From NCBI RefSeq assembly GCF_000446015.1, contig NC_022093.1, forward strand, positions 630,001-662,000: DNA of 32,000 nucleotides, read 5' to 3'. Positions 1 through 9,227 of the stretch are shown piece by piece. Every line of letters begins with the position of its first letter. Positions within the stretch are counted from its first letter, which is position 1. This stretch comes from Thermofilum adornatum. GTDB lineage: Archaea > Thermoproteota > Thermoprotei > Thermofilales > Thermofilaceae. Under the pieces are notes generated by a model. It was not told the DNA's origin. It ran no database searches and was given only the letters and a program-made list of their open reading frames with translations. Made by a program: the position numbers and the translations under genes.

Positions 1-1
1 C

Positions 2-1555
2 AGAGAAGTTAAAGAGTCGCTTTCAGCCGTCAATATCGGCATCAAAGACATAGCTTACCAAATGGGTGAACACCTGCTTTCAAACCAGGAAAGCGATGAA
101 CTCGTAGAAGTGAAAGACGTCCTGAAAAAAGAACCACTATTCGATGCTAGATACGTCATAACTACACTCGACTCTCTTGCATATAACGCCTTCCGTGTCC
201 CAGTTACAGAGATTTTTAGCTACAGGAAACACTATGCTATCCCCAGAACTAGGATTTTCGTAAGTGCAACATATTTCGACGAGGCACACATGATCTACGA
301 GGAGAAGGAAGACGAAGAAAGCAACCTATTCACAACATTTAACGAGCTTCTCAGGATGCTGGTAGCAGCCCAAACACCAATTATTGTTGCAAGCGCCACA
401 CTCAGTGAAAACTCGGAGCGACACCTTCTAGAAACCCTACAAGAAGCAAAAATTGTAAAGCTTGACAAGACCGATAAAAGCGACGGGCACCTGACTCTTG
501 TCCACGACAAAGAATTCGAAGAAAACGTTACATCTATCCAATGGTTCTCTAGTCTTCTCCGAGAGGATAACCTAAAAGAAAAAGTCAAGGAACTCATCGA
601 TACAGGAATGACTGTTTTTATAGCACGGGATACAATAAGAGAAGCAATAAAAACCTTCAAAGAACTAAAAGAATCGCTTGAGCTAAATGATGATGAAATA
701 GTACTTTTACATAGCCTCATGACCAGGGAAGATAGAAGCAGAGCCCTAGAAAGCATCCGAGACGAAAAGACGAGGATACTCGTAGCTACAAGCATCGTGG
801 AGGCAGGCGTAGACATAAGTTTCAATGCATTAATTACAGATGCCAGCAGAGCCTCCTCTGTAATCCAGAGAACAGGCCGAGTATGCAGAAAAATTGAAAG
901 ATGCAAGGAAAACAAAGCACATGTCTTTATCCTCGAAAACAAGCACCTCGATTCAAGGATCAAAGGGCTCCTTGAAAATGCAGAAAACCAGCAAAAACAG
1001 ATATGCTGGAGACTGCCCTACGACACAGACAGTTATCTGGGCTACGGGCCGCTCCTACGGGAAACAGGTATCCCAGAAATAAACACGAAGCTGAAAAGGA
1101 GCCTGGAGACCCTAGCCTCTCCTCTCCTCATCTCCAGCAGATCCATCGGAGAAATTGTGAGAAACCATGGATACGGGCTGGTGCGGACATTTCTTGCAGA
1201 AGTCGTTGTTGCGGATCCAGAGCTTCTCAACGGAGCTGGCAGAAGAGTAAATCTAAACAAGGATAGCTTTGTAACCTCTCTAAACAAGCTCAGGCTTCTA
1301 GCTTCTAGGGGCTGCATAGACGGTCTGTATGTGGCGCTGGGGACACGGGAAAAAGCTACACTTAGGAAGATATCTCCAATAGAAGAGCTATACCGGCAAA
1401 GAGAAGAAATCAGCCTCGACAAATACTTCCATAACCTCCAAAAAACACTAGCCGACCCAGAAACAAAATACAACTTTGTTGGAACAGTCTTCCTGCTTAA
1501 AACTAACTGTTACGAGAAAAACCTAGGGGTAAAAGAAGATGTGCTACGCATATAG
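2..1555 (+). CDS. cas3: Cas3' SF2 helicase (type I CRISPR effector helicase), 5' end cut by window edge
   Basis: The reading frame is open from nt 2, with no stop upstream of the Met at 62. SF2 motifs appear in order: YFDEAHM (II), VASATLS (III), VATSIVEAGVDIS (V), QRTGRVCR (VI). Walker A must lie upstream of the window. An HD nuclease gene and a CRISPR array follow directly. Confidence 0.85.
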   Translation, partial: REVKESLSAVNIGIKDIAYQMGEHLLSNQESDELVEVKDVLKKEPLFDARYVITTLDSLAYNAFRVPVTEIFSYRKHYAIPRTRIFVSATYFDEAHMIYEEKEDEESNLFTTFNELLRMLVAAQTPIIVASATLSENSERHLLETLQEAKIVKLDKTDKSDGHLTLVHDKEFEENVTSIQWFSSLLREDNLKEKVKELIDTGMTVFIARDTIREAIKTFKELKESLELNDDEIVLLHSLMTREDRSRALESIRDEKTRILVATSIVEAGVDISFNALITDASRASSVIQRTGRVCRKIERCKENKAHVFILENKHLDSRIKGLLENAENQQKQICWRLPYDTDSYLGYGPLLRETGIPEINTKLKRSLETLASPLLISSRSIGEIVRNHGYGLVRTFLAEVVVADPELLNGAGRRVNLNKDSFVTSLNKLRLLASRGCIDGLYVALGTREKATLRKISPIEELYRQREEISLDKYFHNLQKTLADPETKYNFVGTVFLLKTNCYEKNLGVKEDVLRI

Positions 1556-2303
1556 AAAACCACCAATAGAAGAAACTCTCCACAAACACTCACTCGAGGT
1601 TGCCCAATGCATTAAAAACTCCTGGGAATTCATCGGCCTAAAAAGAAAAATATGGAGGCTCTACGGTATCGACGAGGAAACAGCCGGAGACCTAGTTCTC
1701 ATAGCAGGCCTCCTCCACGACCTAGGAAAAGCAGAAAAAGAAACACAGGAAAAATGCAAGACAGAGTGCACAGATTTCCCACATCACTATGTAACCTCCG
1801 CGATGATAGCCCTCAGGATCGGGTACAACACCATCGACCTCGACCTAAGCCCAGACAACATAGAGGACACCCTCAACCAACTCCTAGCTGGAAAAAATAC
1901 GCAGCTCGAGGCGAGACATATCTTCCTGGCACTAGTTGTCCTACCAGTACTACTACACCACTACTCACAGATCACAAGCGAATACAGCGTCCTCAAACCA
2001 ATCCGCCCAACAATATCAATCGGAGACGAATGCCTAAAACAAATCAACACACTTGCAAACAACGCAAAACAATTCATCAAAACCCCCATCGCATCAAAAA
2101 TCCTAGACACCACGGCAAAAACCCTAAACAAGAACCCAATAGACTTAGGAGTACTACCAAACCTAAGAAACAACCTTCTCCGCATAGGAACATACAAAAC
2201 AGAGAACATACTAATCGAGGCAACCACAGGAATACTAAACAAATGCGACGGACAAACAGCAACAAAAAACCGAAAGAACAAACACAAACAAAAAACCAAA
2301 TAA
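1539..2303 (+). CDS. cas3'': Cas3'' HD-domain nuclease (split cas3, as in type I-A)
   Basis: HD-superfamily motifs are present: HKHSLEV, LIAGLLHDLGK, and LLHHYSQ further on. It overlaps the cas3' stop by 17 nt and lies next to the array. The coding strand is very A+C-rich (sampled line 2221-2280: 80% A+C), which gives a K/N/T-rich tail. Confidence 0.8.
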   Translation: MCYAYRKPPIEETLHKHSLEVAQCIKNSWEFIGLKRKIWRLYGIDEETAGDLVLIAGLLHDLGKAEKETQEKCKTECTDFPHHYVTSAMIALRIGYNTIDLDLSPDNIEDTLNQLLAGKNTQLEARHIFLALVVLPVLLHHYSQITSEYSVLKPIRPTISIGDECLKQINTLANNAKQFIKTPIASKILDTTAKTLNKNPIDLGVLPNLRNNLLRIGTYKTENILIEATTGILNKCDGQTATKNRKNKHKQKTK

Positions 2304-2339
2304 AACCACCCCAAAACTTACACAAAAACCAAGACTTTA

Positions 2340-3478
2340 ATTTCAATTCTTTCTCAGTTGCATCCCAATACATTGAGCAAATGTTTTCAAAGGGCAGCGG
2401 TAGAGCCTTCAATTCTTTCTAAGTTGCATCTACAGCTAATACAGGCCGCAATCGCCATCATGATAACAATCCTTCAATTTTTTCTTAGTTGCATCTAGGG
2501 TGTCAATCGATGTTATTGTTACCTCAACAAATTCAATCCTTCAATTCTTTCTAAGTTGCATCCGGAAATCCTAGAAAATTCGAGTACTTTCTTCTGAACT
2601 ACAAATCCTTCAATTCTTTCTTAGTTGCATCGCGAGTTCTTCGATGTCCCTGTCCCGCAGTGATTTCTGCATCGCCTTCAATTCTTTCTGAGTTGCATCC
2701 TCGATTATGAGGCCGAGGACAAGGGCGATCAGGAAAAAGTTCCTTCAATTCTTTCTGAGTTGCATCTTGGTATATCACGCAAGAGGACTTAGACAAGGCT
2801 CTACAATACGCCCTTCAATTCTTTCTGAGTTGCATCATATTATACCGTAAGCCAACTTTTCACATATGGAAGCATTGCCTTCAATTCTTTCTGAGTTGCA
2901 TCGGCTTGCTTGATGTCCTCTATTTCTGCCGTAATTGCTTTTAGTCCTTCAATTCTTTCTGAGTTGCATCAGCCGGGGCAGGGGAGGACCAGCCCCAAAT
3001 ATACATTATCCTTCAATTCTTTCTGAGTTGCATCACTGTATGATGGAAGAGACTATCACGGCCCCTTCCACACCTCCTTCAATTCTTTCTGAGTTGCATC
3101 TTCTACGTTGCCGACCAGGTTTCAATGGCACTTTATGGTCCTTCAATTCTTTCTGAGTTGCATCCCTCTCCAGCATCCTCGCGGTCGCAGAGACGAAGGG
3201 GACCTTCAATTCTTTCTGAGTTGCATCTCTAACACAGCTGCGCAGCTTTATTTATGAATGGATAACCTTCAATTCTTTCTGAGTTGCATCCAAGGTGTTG
3301 AAAATTATCTTGTATCCATTTATTTCTCCTTCAATTCTTTCTGAGTTGCATCTCAATGTCAGCCCTAGCATACTTAATCTGCCCATTTCCTTCAATTCTT
3401 TCTGAGTTGCATCTTACTGGCTCCGAGGTGCAAGCGAAGCTTCACACAGCTGTCCTTCAATTCTTTCTGAGTTGCATC
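2340..3478 (-). CRISPR. CRISPR array 1: 18 repeats of 25 bp, 17 spacers of 36-45 bp
   Basis: The plus-strand repeat is CCTTCAATTCTTTCTGAGTTGCATC. Repeat starts are 2340, 2406, 2471, 2538, 2607, 2675, 2742, 2812, 2878, 2946, 3010, 3076, 3140, 3203, 3266, 3328, 3389 and 3454. The minus-strand reading GATGCAACTCAGAAAGAATTGAAGG ends in ATTGAAGG, the 8-nt crRNA 5'-handle type, so the functional orientation is minus. Degenerate repeats (2340; CTAAG/CTTAG variants at 2406-2631) sit at the left, leader-distal end. Confidence 0.97.
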
Positions 3479-3724
3479 CGAAATGTTTTACTCGGGCATG
3501 GTTTATATGTTTAATGCTTTTTCCTTCAAGAAGTCTGCAAAACTGCCCTAGCACACAAATTTACACATTGGAAACTTCTGAAACTTCCCTATAGGGAAGC
3601 TTCCCGAAACACCCCGTTTTGGGTCGGGACGTTTTCCCGTAAACCTAAATTTAAAATAAGCTTCCCAATGAGAAACTTCATAAACAACTTTTAGTTTGCA
3701 CATAGGGAAATAGTTGACAAAAAC
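3479..3724 (-). promoter_or_regulatory. CRISPR leader 1 (~246 bp) with TATA-like box
   Basis: It is near-identical by eye to 17263-17506, which flanks array 2. Shared blocks include GGTTTATATGTTTAA, AAAACTGCCCTAGCAC, AAATTTACACATTGGA, CCCCGTTTTGGGTCGGGA, GAGAAACTTCATAAACA and TTGACAAAAA. The minus-strand sequence ACATATAAAC (3501-3510) lies 23-32 nt upstream of the first repeat, which fits an archaeal TATA box. Confidence 0.8.
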
Positions 3725-3780
3725 TTATCCATGTTAACTTGGCAAGGTGACAGTGTCGCTACAAGGACAATTAGGGGTAG

Positions 3781-5580
3781 CTAGGGCGTGCTTGTCTGTT
3801 TTTCTCTGTTTTCTAGGCATGTGTAGATCTCTGCCAATGCTTCTAGTGTTTGTCTGGGTGTTTTGCCTGCTTTTTGCCTGAATGCTTCGAATTCTTGGCG
3901 TGGCACGGCTCCGCCCTCGAGGATCCTGGGGACGACGTGTCTATGTGGGAAGAGCTCGACGTATAGCTTCATGAGCTCTAGGGGGTCGGCGCCGTGGCGC
4001 CTAGCAGTGTCCTCGAACCTGAGGCACGGGTTAACGTTTGCGCTGCGGCTCCTGAACTCTGCGGGTATGTAGAGGCTCGCTATGACGGGCTGGAGCCCCC
4101 TCCTGACTACTAGTGCCTGGCCGTAGGCGAGCTTTCCGAGGAGGCCGGCGTCCCTCCAGCCCGTGACTGTGGCCAGTGTCTCGAGGTTGTCTGGGTCGTT
4201 TGTCGCGAAGACCATGAGTGTGCCTGCGTCCGCGAGCTTCCTGGCTACTCTGGCGAGGCTGTGGCCAACGGCCCATATCGAGACGTTGTACTTTCTGAGC
4301 TCGTCTGCTATCCTGTTTGCGACCTCTGTGTCTCCCAGCCTGTCTGCCTCGTCTAGGACGATTATCCCGCTCCAGCCTCCCCTCACGGCGGAGAAGTATG
4401 CCAGGTAGAGCGCCGATAGGCTGAAGATGTTCTTCGCCTCCTCTGGCAGCGGGCTGAGGTCGACCACTGTCCTCCCCCTGGGCAGGTCGCCGTGGCCGAG
4501 GAGGGCTGGGTGGATCATGGGCCTAAGCCTCCTGATGAGGGCGCCCGCGGCCGCCCGCTCGTCCTCCTGCCTGGAAGAGGACAGCAGCTTCTCGACGTGG
4601 CTGTAGGCGTCCAAGAGTGTCCCGCTCTTCTGGAGAGCCGTGTAGAGCGTGTAGGCGACTATTGGCGAAGCCTTTTCCTTCCACGTTGCCTCTATGACGC
4701 CCAATATGACAGAGTAGGCGACGTCTACGCCCATAGCGAGGGGGTTGATGAAGAGGTCTACCCCTGCCTCGAGGACCCTGTAGCCGTGCCTCTCGAGGAG
4801 CCTGTGCTCGCCCGTGACGTCCAAGACGAGCACGTTCCAGCCCTCGAGCCTGCTCAGCAGGTAGTCCAGGAAGCTACTCTTCCCAGTCCCTGGAGCCCCG
4901 ATAATCGTGAGGCTGTTGTCCGAGCCCTCCCGAAGCCTCAGGCTGTAGCCGTGAAAAACAGGGATCTCCACTGCCCCGACAGCCTCGCCAGTATAGCCGC
5001 CAGAAACCAGGCCACGCGTAGCAATATCCACGTCCAGCGGCGTAAACACGTACAGCGGGTCAAGCCACGAAACCCTGGCAAGCAGGGGCGCCTTCAGCCT
5101 CGAAAACTTCTCGGCCAGCCCCCTGCTACCCTTCCCAAAGACCACCGCGTAGCCCCTATACACAGAGCCATACAGCAGGGCGCTCGAAACATACGGCTCA
5201 AATGCGCTCGGCAACCCGTACCTATACGCCCTCTGAAGCCCCTCATAGAACTTAGTAGCGTCACGCCTATACAGCACGAGGCCCACGTGGCCCCTAAGAG
5301 GCACAGCAACAGGCACACGAATCCTCAAAAAACGAGCCTCGGGAAACACGGGCTCAACACGCCAAACCCTCCACCCAGCGCCGACAGCAACCTCCTCAAA
5401 GACCCCCGCATCCCTCTCCCCCACCCCTATCAGCAAGCCCCTACCAAAATTAGCCACACCAAGCCTCCTAACCCCAGAAGCAAAAACAGGCCCAAGCCAC
5501 ATCTCCCCAGCAACAGCATCAACACCAAACCACACCGCCATACCAAAAACACAAGCAACAAAAATAAAAGGTGGAAACAA
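3781..5580 (-). CDS. HerA/DUF87-like (FtsK-HerA superfamily) P-loop ATPase with hydrophobic N-terminus
   Basis: Walker A is LTIIGAPGTGKSSFL and Walker B is GIIVLDEADRLG. The N-terminal sequence MFPPFIFVACVFGMAVWFGV looks membrane-associated. The 599-aa ORF is GC-rich. The family call rests on motif spacing only. Confidence 0.55.
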   Translation of the reverse strand: MFPPFIFVACVFGMAVWFGVDAVAGEMWLGPVFASGVRRLGVANFGRGLLIGVGERDAGVFEEVAVGAGWRVWRVEPVFPEARFLRIRVPVAVPLRGHVGLVLYRRDATKFYEGLQRAYRYGLPSAFEPYVSSALLYGSVYRGYAVVFGKGSRGLAEKFSRLKAPLLARVSWLDPLYVFTPLDVDIATRGLVSGGYTGEAVGAVEIPVFHGYSLRLREGSDNSLTIIGAPGTGKSSFLDYLLSRLEGWNVLVLDVTGEHRLLERHGYRVLEAGVDLFINPLAMGVDVAYSVILGVIEATWKEKASPIVAYTLYTALQKSGTLLDAYSHVEKLLSSSRQEDERAAAGALIRRLRPMIHPALLGHGDLPRGRTVVDLSPLPEEAKNIFSLSALYLAYFSAVRGGWSGIIVLDEADRLGDTEVANRIADELRKYNVSIWAVGHSLARVARKLADAGTLMVFATNDPDNLETLATVTGWRDAGLLGKLAYGQALVVRRGLQPVIASLYIPAEFRSRSANVNPCLRFEDTARRHGADPLELMKLYVELFPHRHVVPRILEGGAVPRQEFEAFRQKAGKTPRQTLEALAEIYTCLENREKQTSTP

Positions 5581-5649
5581 AAGAACCTTTTAGACAAAAC
5601 AAACTGTTTGATTTTACTAAGACTAGCATTTTATTATAACCCGTGTTAC

Positions 5650-7059
5650 CTACAAGATAAAACGAAGATACTTAGGTTTCAATAATTTAATAGATTTTTT
5701 TCTACTTAATATATACGACAGTGCCGCATAAATGTATCCCTTGCCGCTGATAATGTCTTGAAGAACATTTTTATCGCTTTCAAGAGCTTTTCGATATTCC
5801 TCATAGGTTTTGAAAGTAGATACTTCGTTATAGACAAATATCATTCTCAGAAGCATATCACGTAAAGTTTTTTTAATTTTTTTCATTTGAGTTTGAGTGT
5901 ATACGTTTTTAAGAGTCTCAAGCATATATCTTCTGTATTGGTTTACAATTTTTAAAGCCTCATCGATATTATCGACTGTTAGGGACATGCTATTTAGTGA
6001 CTCCATTTTAATATCCTCAAATCTTGGAAGAATATTGTTCCATTTTTGGTCTAAGCTTTCTTTATAATTAAGTATGTCCGCAGGTGCCATTGCAATGATT
6101 GAAATTCTTTTTGAAAAAGGTCTCACAAGGAGAAGAGCTTCATAGCTGTTAGAATTACCAAAAAATATCTTAGCGTCATGTGGACAGCCTCCAATTACTT
6201 CGGAATCTCCAATTCTTAATTTTATTTGAGAGATAAACACCTTTTCTGCAATCTTCACATGAGTGATTACCGGAACAACAAAGTCGCCGGGAAAAACGTA
6301 TTGATAGTTATATCTTGGGATTGGAATTAAATATTTTGGATCCATGCTAATTTTGCCTAGTAACAGTTTTGATACAAAGTTAGGAGTTGCATAAAGCCCT
6401 TCCATTTCATCCAGGGCTGATTTGATTGATAGCCAATCTTTAGGGACACGGCTGATATTGATTTTAATCTTTCTAGACGGTCTTATTCTTAGAAAAGGTT
6501 CATAGAGGATTATCTGTTTTAAGGTGAGCTGTGCTCCGATTATTAGATTTCCAGATGTAGAGTTCAAATATTCCTGAAAATAAGATGAAGGGACACGTAT
6601 GTATACAGGTTTCTGTAGAGCCATGCTGTACAAAATTAAGTGCGCTCTATTACCTTCAAAGTATGCGTATATCCCTTTAAATTCCATTTCATTAATTTTT
6701 TTACCGCATGGGGGTATAATTTCTGCAATACCTGATTTTTCGCGTCCTTGAGAGTATTCAAGTAATTTTAGTGGGTCTTTTCTTATTTCATCGCTGATTC
6801 TCTTTTGAAATCTTACATCTTCGGCGCATTGATTATACATATCTTCCAGTATTCTTCCCATAAGTGGATGACTGCTTAGTAATTTTTTTAATCTGCGAGT
6901 CTTCTTCCATACATCTTGGTTCTCGTAACTTTCGAAAGAGTCAAGAAAAGAGAGAAATTCTCTACTATACCTCGAATACTCTCTTACGTGAATAATGATA
7001 TTATAGAGGTCTGACAAAGCAATTGCAAACGGTATTGGGTAGAAATACTCATCCAGCAT
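5650..7059 (-). CDS. Hypothetical protein (469 aa), last gene of the DISARM-like operon
   Basis: It is a long intact ORF in AT-rich DNA. Its ATG at 7059 overlaps the stop of the upstream PLD gene by 11 nt. I recognise no catalytic motif. Confidence 0.7.
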   Translation of the reverse strand: MLDEYFYPIPFAIALSDLYNIIIHVREYSRYSREFLSFLDSFESYENQDVWKKTRRLKKLLSSHPLMGRILEDMYNQCAEDVRFQKRISDEIRKDPLKLLEYSQGREKSGIAEIIPPCGKKINEMEFKGIYAYFEGNRAHLILYSMALQKPVYIRVPSSYFQEYLNSTSGNLIIGAQLTLKQIILYEPFLRIRPSRKIKINISRVPKDWLSIKSALDEMEGLYATPNFVSKLLLGKISMDPKYLIPIPRYNYQYVFPGDFVVPVITHVKIAEKVFISQIKLRIGDSEVIGGCPHDAKIFFGNSNSYEALLLVRPFSKRISIIAMAPADILNYKESLDQKWNNILPRFEDIKMESLNSMSLTVDNIDEALKIVNQYRRYMLETLKNVYTQTQMKKIKKTLRDMLLRMIFVYNEVSTFKTYEEYRKALESDKNVLQDIISGKGYIYAALSYILSRKKSIKLLKPKYLRFIL

Positions 7060-7858
7060 GTATGCTCACAGAGGGTTGTTTAGCCAGATTCCATATTTGT
7101 TGGAAAAGTCGCAATAACTGATTAACTATTTCACCTTTGAAAAGAACCGCTATATCATAATTTGACAAGAAATGGACTTCTGTCATATTGAAGCTTCCTA
7201 TCATAGCCATGTTTTCTGTTATAATCATTTTTAAATGAATGCCTCGAATTTTTGTATAAATTGTTTTTTGACCATATTTTATTAAACCATATTGACCAAT
7301 CACTTTATACTCAAGATTAGGAAAAAGAGAATTCTTTAAGCGTTGCAAACTACCTATGTTCTCTTTTTTGAATTCCGTTAATATCCTTAGATTAGGGATA
7401 TTCCGTATAAATGCTTTATAGTTTGAGAGAAGACCTGTGAAGGTTGAATCGATATAAGGCACAGCAATATTTAATTCTCTTTCAGCGCTTAATATTATTT
7501 CTCCTATGGCGTCAAAAAAGGATGGAAAACTTTCAAAAGATTTTCCTAAGTCTTCTTTTAAAGCTCCCGACAAGATAATGGATACATCAGGACTCGAAAT
7601 AAACTTTTGCATTAGGTCTTTATCCTCATTAACTGCCCAAAGGGTGGTTGTCAAAGGTCGTGTCTCATCAAAAAACTCATCTTTTACTGCCTTTACAAGT
7701 CCTATCCTTCGCAGCTCTAATAGACATTTAATTATCTGGGATATGCTAACTTCATCTGGGAATTGCTTCTTTATCTCCGGAACACTCTTGGGACTCTCCC
7801 TTAAGATTGAAAGAATTTTTTCTTTCATTTCTGGGGCGCAATTATTTTTAAACGACAT
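7049..7858 (-). CDS. wHTH-fused PLD-family (HKD) nuclease, DrmC-like
   Basis: There is a single HKD motif: IRGIHLKMIITENMAMIGSFNMT (H-x-K-x4-E-x5-GSxN). The N-terminal EKILSILRESPKSVPEIKKQF...LLELRRIGLVKAV looks like a winged helix. The ATG at 7858 is preferred; a TTG at 7882 is also open. Either start overlaps the DUF1998 gene stop (7848-7850). Confidence 0.7.
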   Translation of the reverse strand: MSFKNNCAPEMKEKILSILRESPKSVPEIKKQFPDEVSISQIIKCLLELRRIGLVKAVKDEFFDETRPLTTTLWAVNEDKDLMQKFISSPDVSIILSGALKEDLGKSFESFPSFFDAIGEIILSAERELNIAVPYIDSTFTGLLSNYKAFIRNIPNLRILTEFKKENIGSLQRLKNSLFPNLEYKVIGQYGLIKYGQKTIYTKIRGIHLKMIITENMAMIGSFNMTEVHFLSNYDIAVLFKGEIVNQLLRLFQQIWNLAKQPSVSIHAG

Positions 7859-9227
7859 AATGTGCCAACCTTTTCTTGTCAATTATAAAATTCAATGAGA
7901 AACGATTGAGAACATAGTTTAGCCACATACAGTTTGCGGAGAACAGGCACGCCTTGCATGCCAGATTGCATGAACGAGGACATTCAGTTCTCTTGCCAAC
8001 CAAGGCTATATAATCTATTTTTAGAGTATTATCCTTCTCAATTAAACTTCTTACACCACCTATGCCGCCTGGAGAATTGTCGTAGATTAGAACTTGGTAT
8101 ATGTCCCTTTCTTGATCTACTTTAATAGCTTCGCCAAATTCATGCTCACTTAAACCAGCAATAAGTGGAGCTGTTATGAGGAATAGATGCGCCAATGTAT
8201 GGGTTATTACGGTAGGGGTTGCGTCACGCGATGAAAAACCCATTTTCTGAAGACTTTCTTGAGTTTCCTTTACTTTTGATGGATCCAAATTTATAAGTAA
8301 TCCTTCTGTTTCAATTTTTCTCCCAATAACTTCAATGGCATTATCATTCCCAATAGAGACTATAGGAATGCGCTCCCTTTTTCCGGCGTAAGGAGTACCT
8401 GCCAACAGGAAAAGAGTTAACTGGTATACTTTTGCCTTGGTAAAAGCTATATCTATTATTCCTGGCATGCTTTCCTTAGGAAAATTTATTTCAATTTTAT
8501 CATTATCAAGTGTCTTAAACAGGTTGATCGAAAAAGGCTTAGTAAGGGACTCGCTTGGTGGGACAATTCTATAAATCGTGTTTTCTCTCCTGGGAGGACG
8601 GACAATTGCATATGGAACGCTAGTAGAAGAATTACCTCTCCCCTTGCCACATACATTTATCTGAGTTGAACCAAGCGGTAGCTGTAGTTTCCATGGACAT
8701 TTTGAACTTCGATTCACGTCTGGACATGCATAAATTAGCGAGCTAACAGGTCTCTCAGTACTAATTCGAACAATGCGTTTCAATACTTTGTTTTTTCTGT
8801 CAACGTCGCAGTATGCGTTAACAAATTTTGCAACAGGAATAAATAAATACTCTTCACTTCTCCTATAATAAGTAGAGAAGTTAGAAACTTGAAAATATCT
8901 ATTTGGAGGGGTTAGGAACTTAGGGGCGGCAATATAGGCCTGAATAATTTTACCCCCACAATCACACTTGAAGTTTTTGGGTACCTCATCATCTCTATAT
9001 ATTTTGCCACATTTAGAGCACCAAAAATACCTTAAAGAAATTAGGTTATTTTCTAATTCAGCTAAAACGTTTTCAGGCATTATTACTTTTACCTTTTTTC
9101 CCCTCACTTGGCGAGCTAAAAGGTCAAATACTGTGCTCAACTGGTACATCTCGCTTTTAAGTCTGTCAAGTTCTCTTGCGAGCTCATCAAGAAGACTATA
9201 ATTGATATCTTGTGACAAGACCCTCAC
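7848..9227 (-). CDS. DUF1998 (MrfA-type Zn-binding domain) protein, DrmB-like
   Basis: The C-terminal signature is LIYDNSPGGIGGV followed by the Cys cluster ECPRSCNLACKACLFSANCMWLN...LNR. The N-terminus carries a Zn ribbon, CSKCGKIYRDDEVPKNFKCDCGG. Its GTG start overlaps the helicase stop (GTGA at 9224-9227). Confidence 0.75.
   Translation of the reverse strand: MRVLSQDINYSLLDELARELDRLKSEMYQLSTVFDLLARQVRGKKVKVIMPENVLAELENNLISLRYFWCSKCGKIYRDDEVPKNFKCDCGGKIIQAYIAAPKFLTPPNRYFQVSNFSTYYRRSEEYLFIPVAKFVNAYCDVDRKNKVLKRIVRISTERPVSSLIYACPDVNRSSKCPWKLQLPLGSTQINVCGKGRGNSSTSVPYAIVRPPRRENTIYRIVPPSESLTKPFSINLFKTLDNDKIEINFPKESMPGIIDIAFTKAKVYQLTLFLLAGTPYAGKRERIPIVSIGNDNAIEVIGRKIETEGLLINLDPSKVKETQESLQKMGFSSRDATPTVITHTLAHLFLITAPLIAGLSEHEFGEAIKVDQERDIYQVLIYDNSPGGIGGVRSLIEKDNTLKIDYIALVGKRTECPRSCNLACKACLFSANCMWLNYVLNRFSLNFIIDKKRLAHYVV

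Noticed and set aside
2599-3156. Small ORFs inside CRISPR arrays (2599-2796, 2935-3156; also 16607-16792).
   Set aside because: Their translations repeat the peptide encoded by the CRISPR repeat (for example SILSELH, FNSF), so they are repeat artefacts.
4492-5685. 397-aa plus-strand ORF antisense to the HerA-like ATPase gene.
   Set aside because: The translation is low-complexity and P/R/K/N/H-rich with no motifs. It lies on the T-poor (A+C-rich) strand, where stop codons, all of which need T, are rare by composition. The opposite strand encodes a protein with clear Walker A/B motifs.
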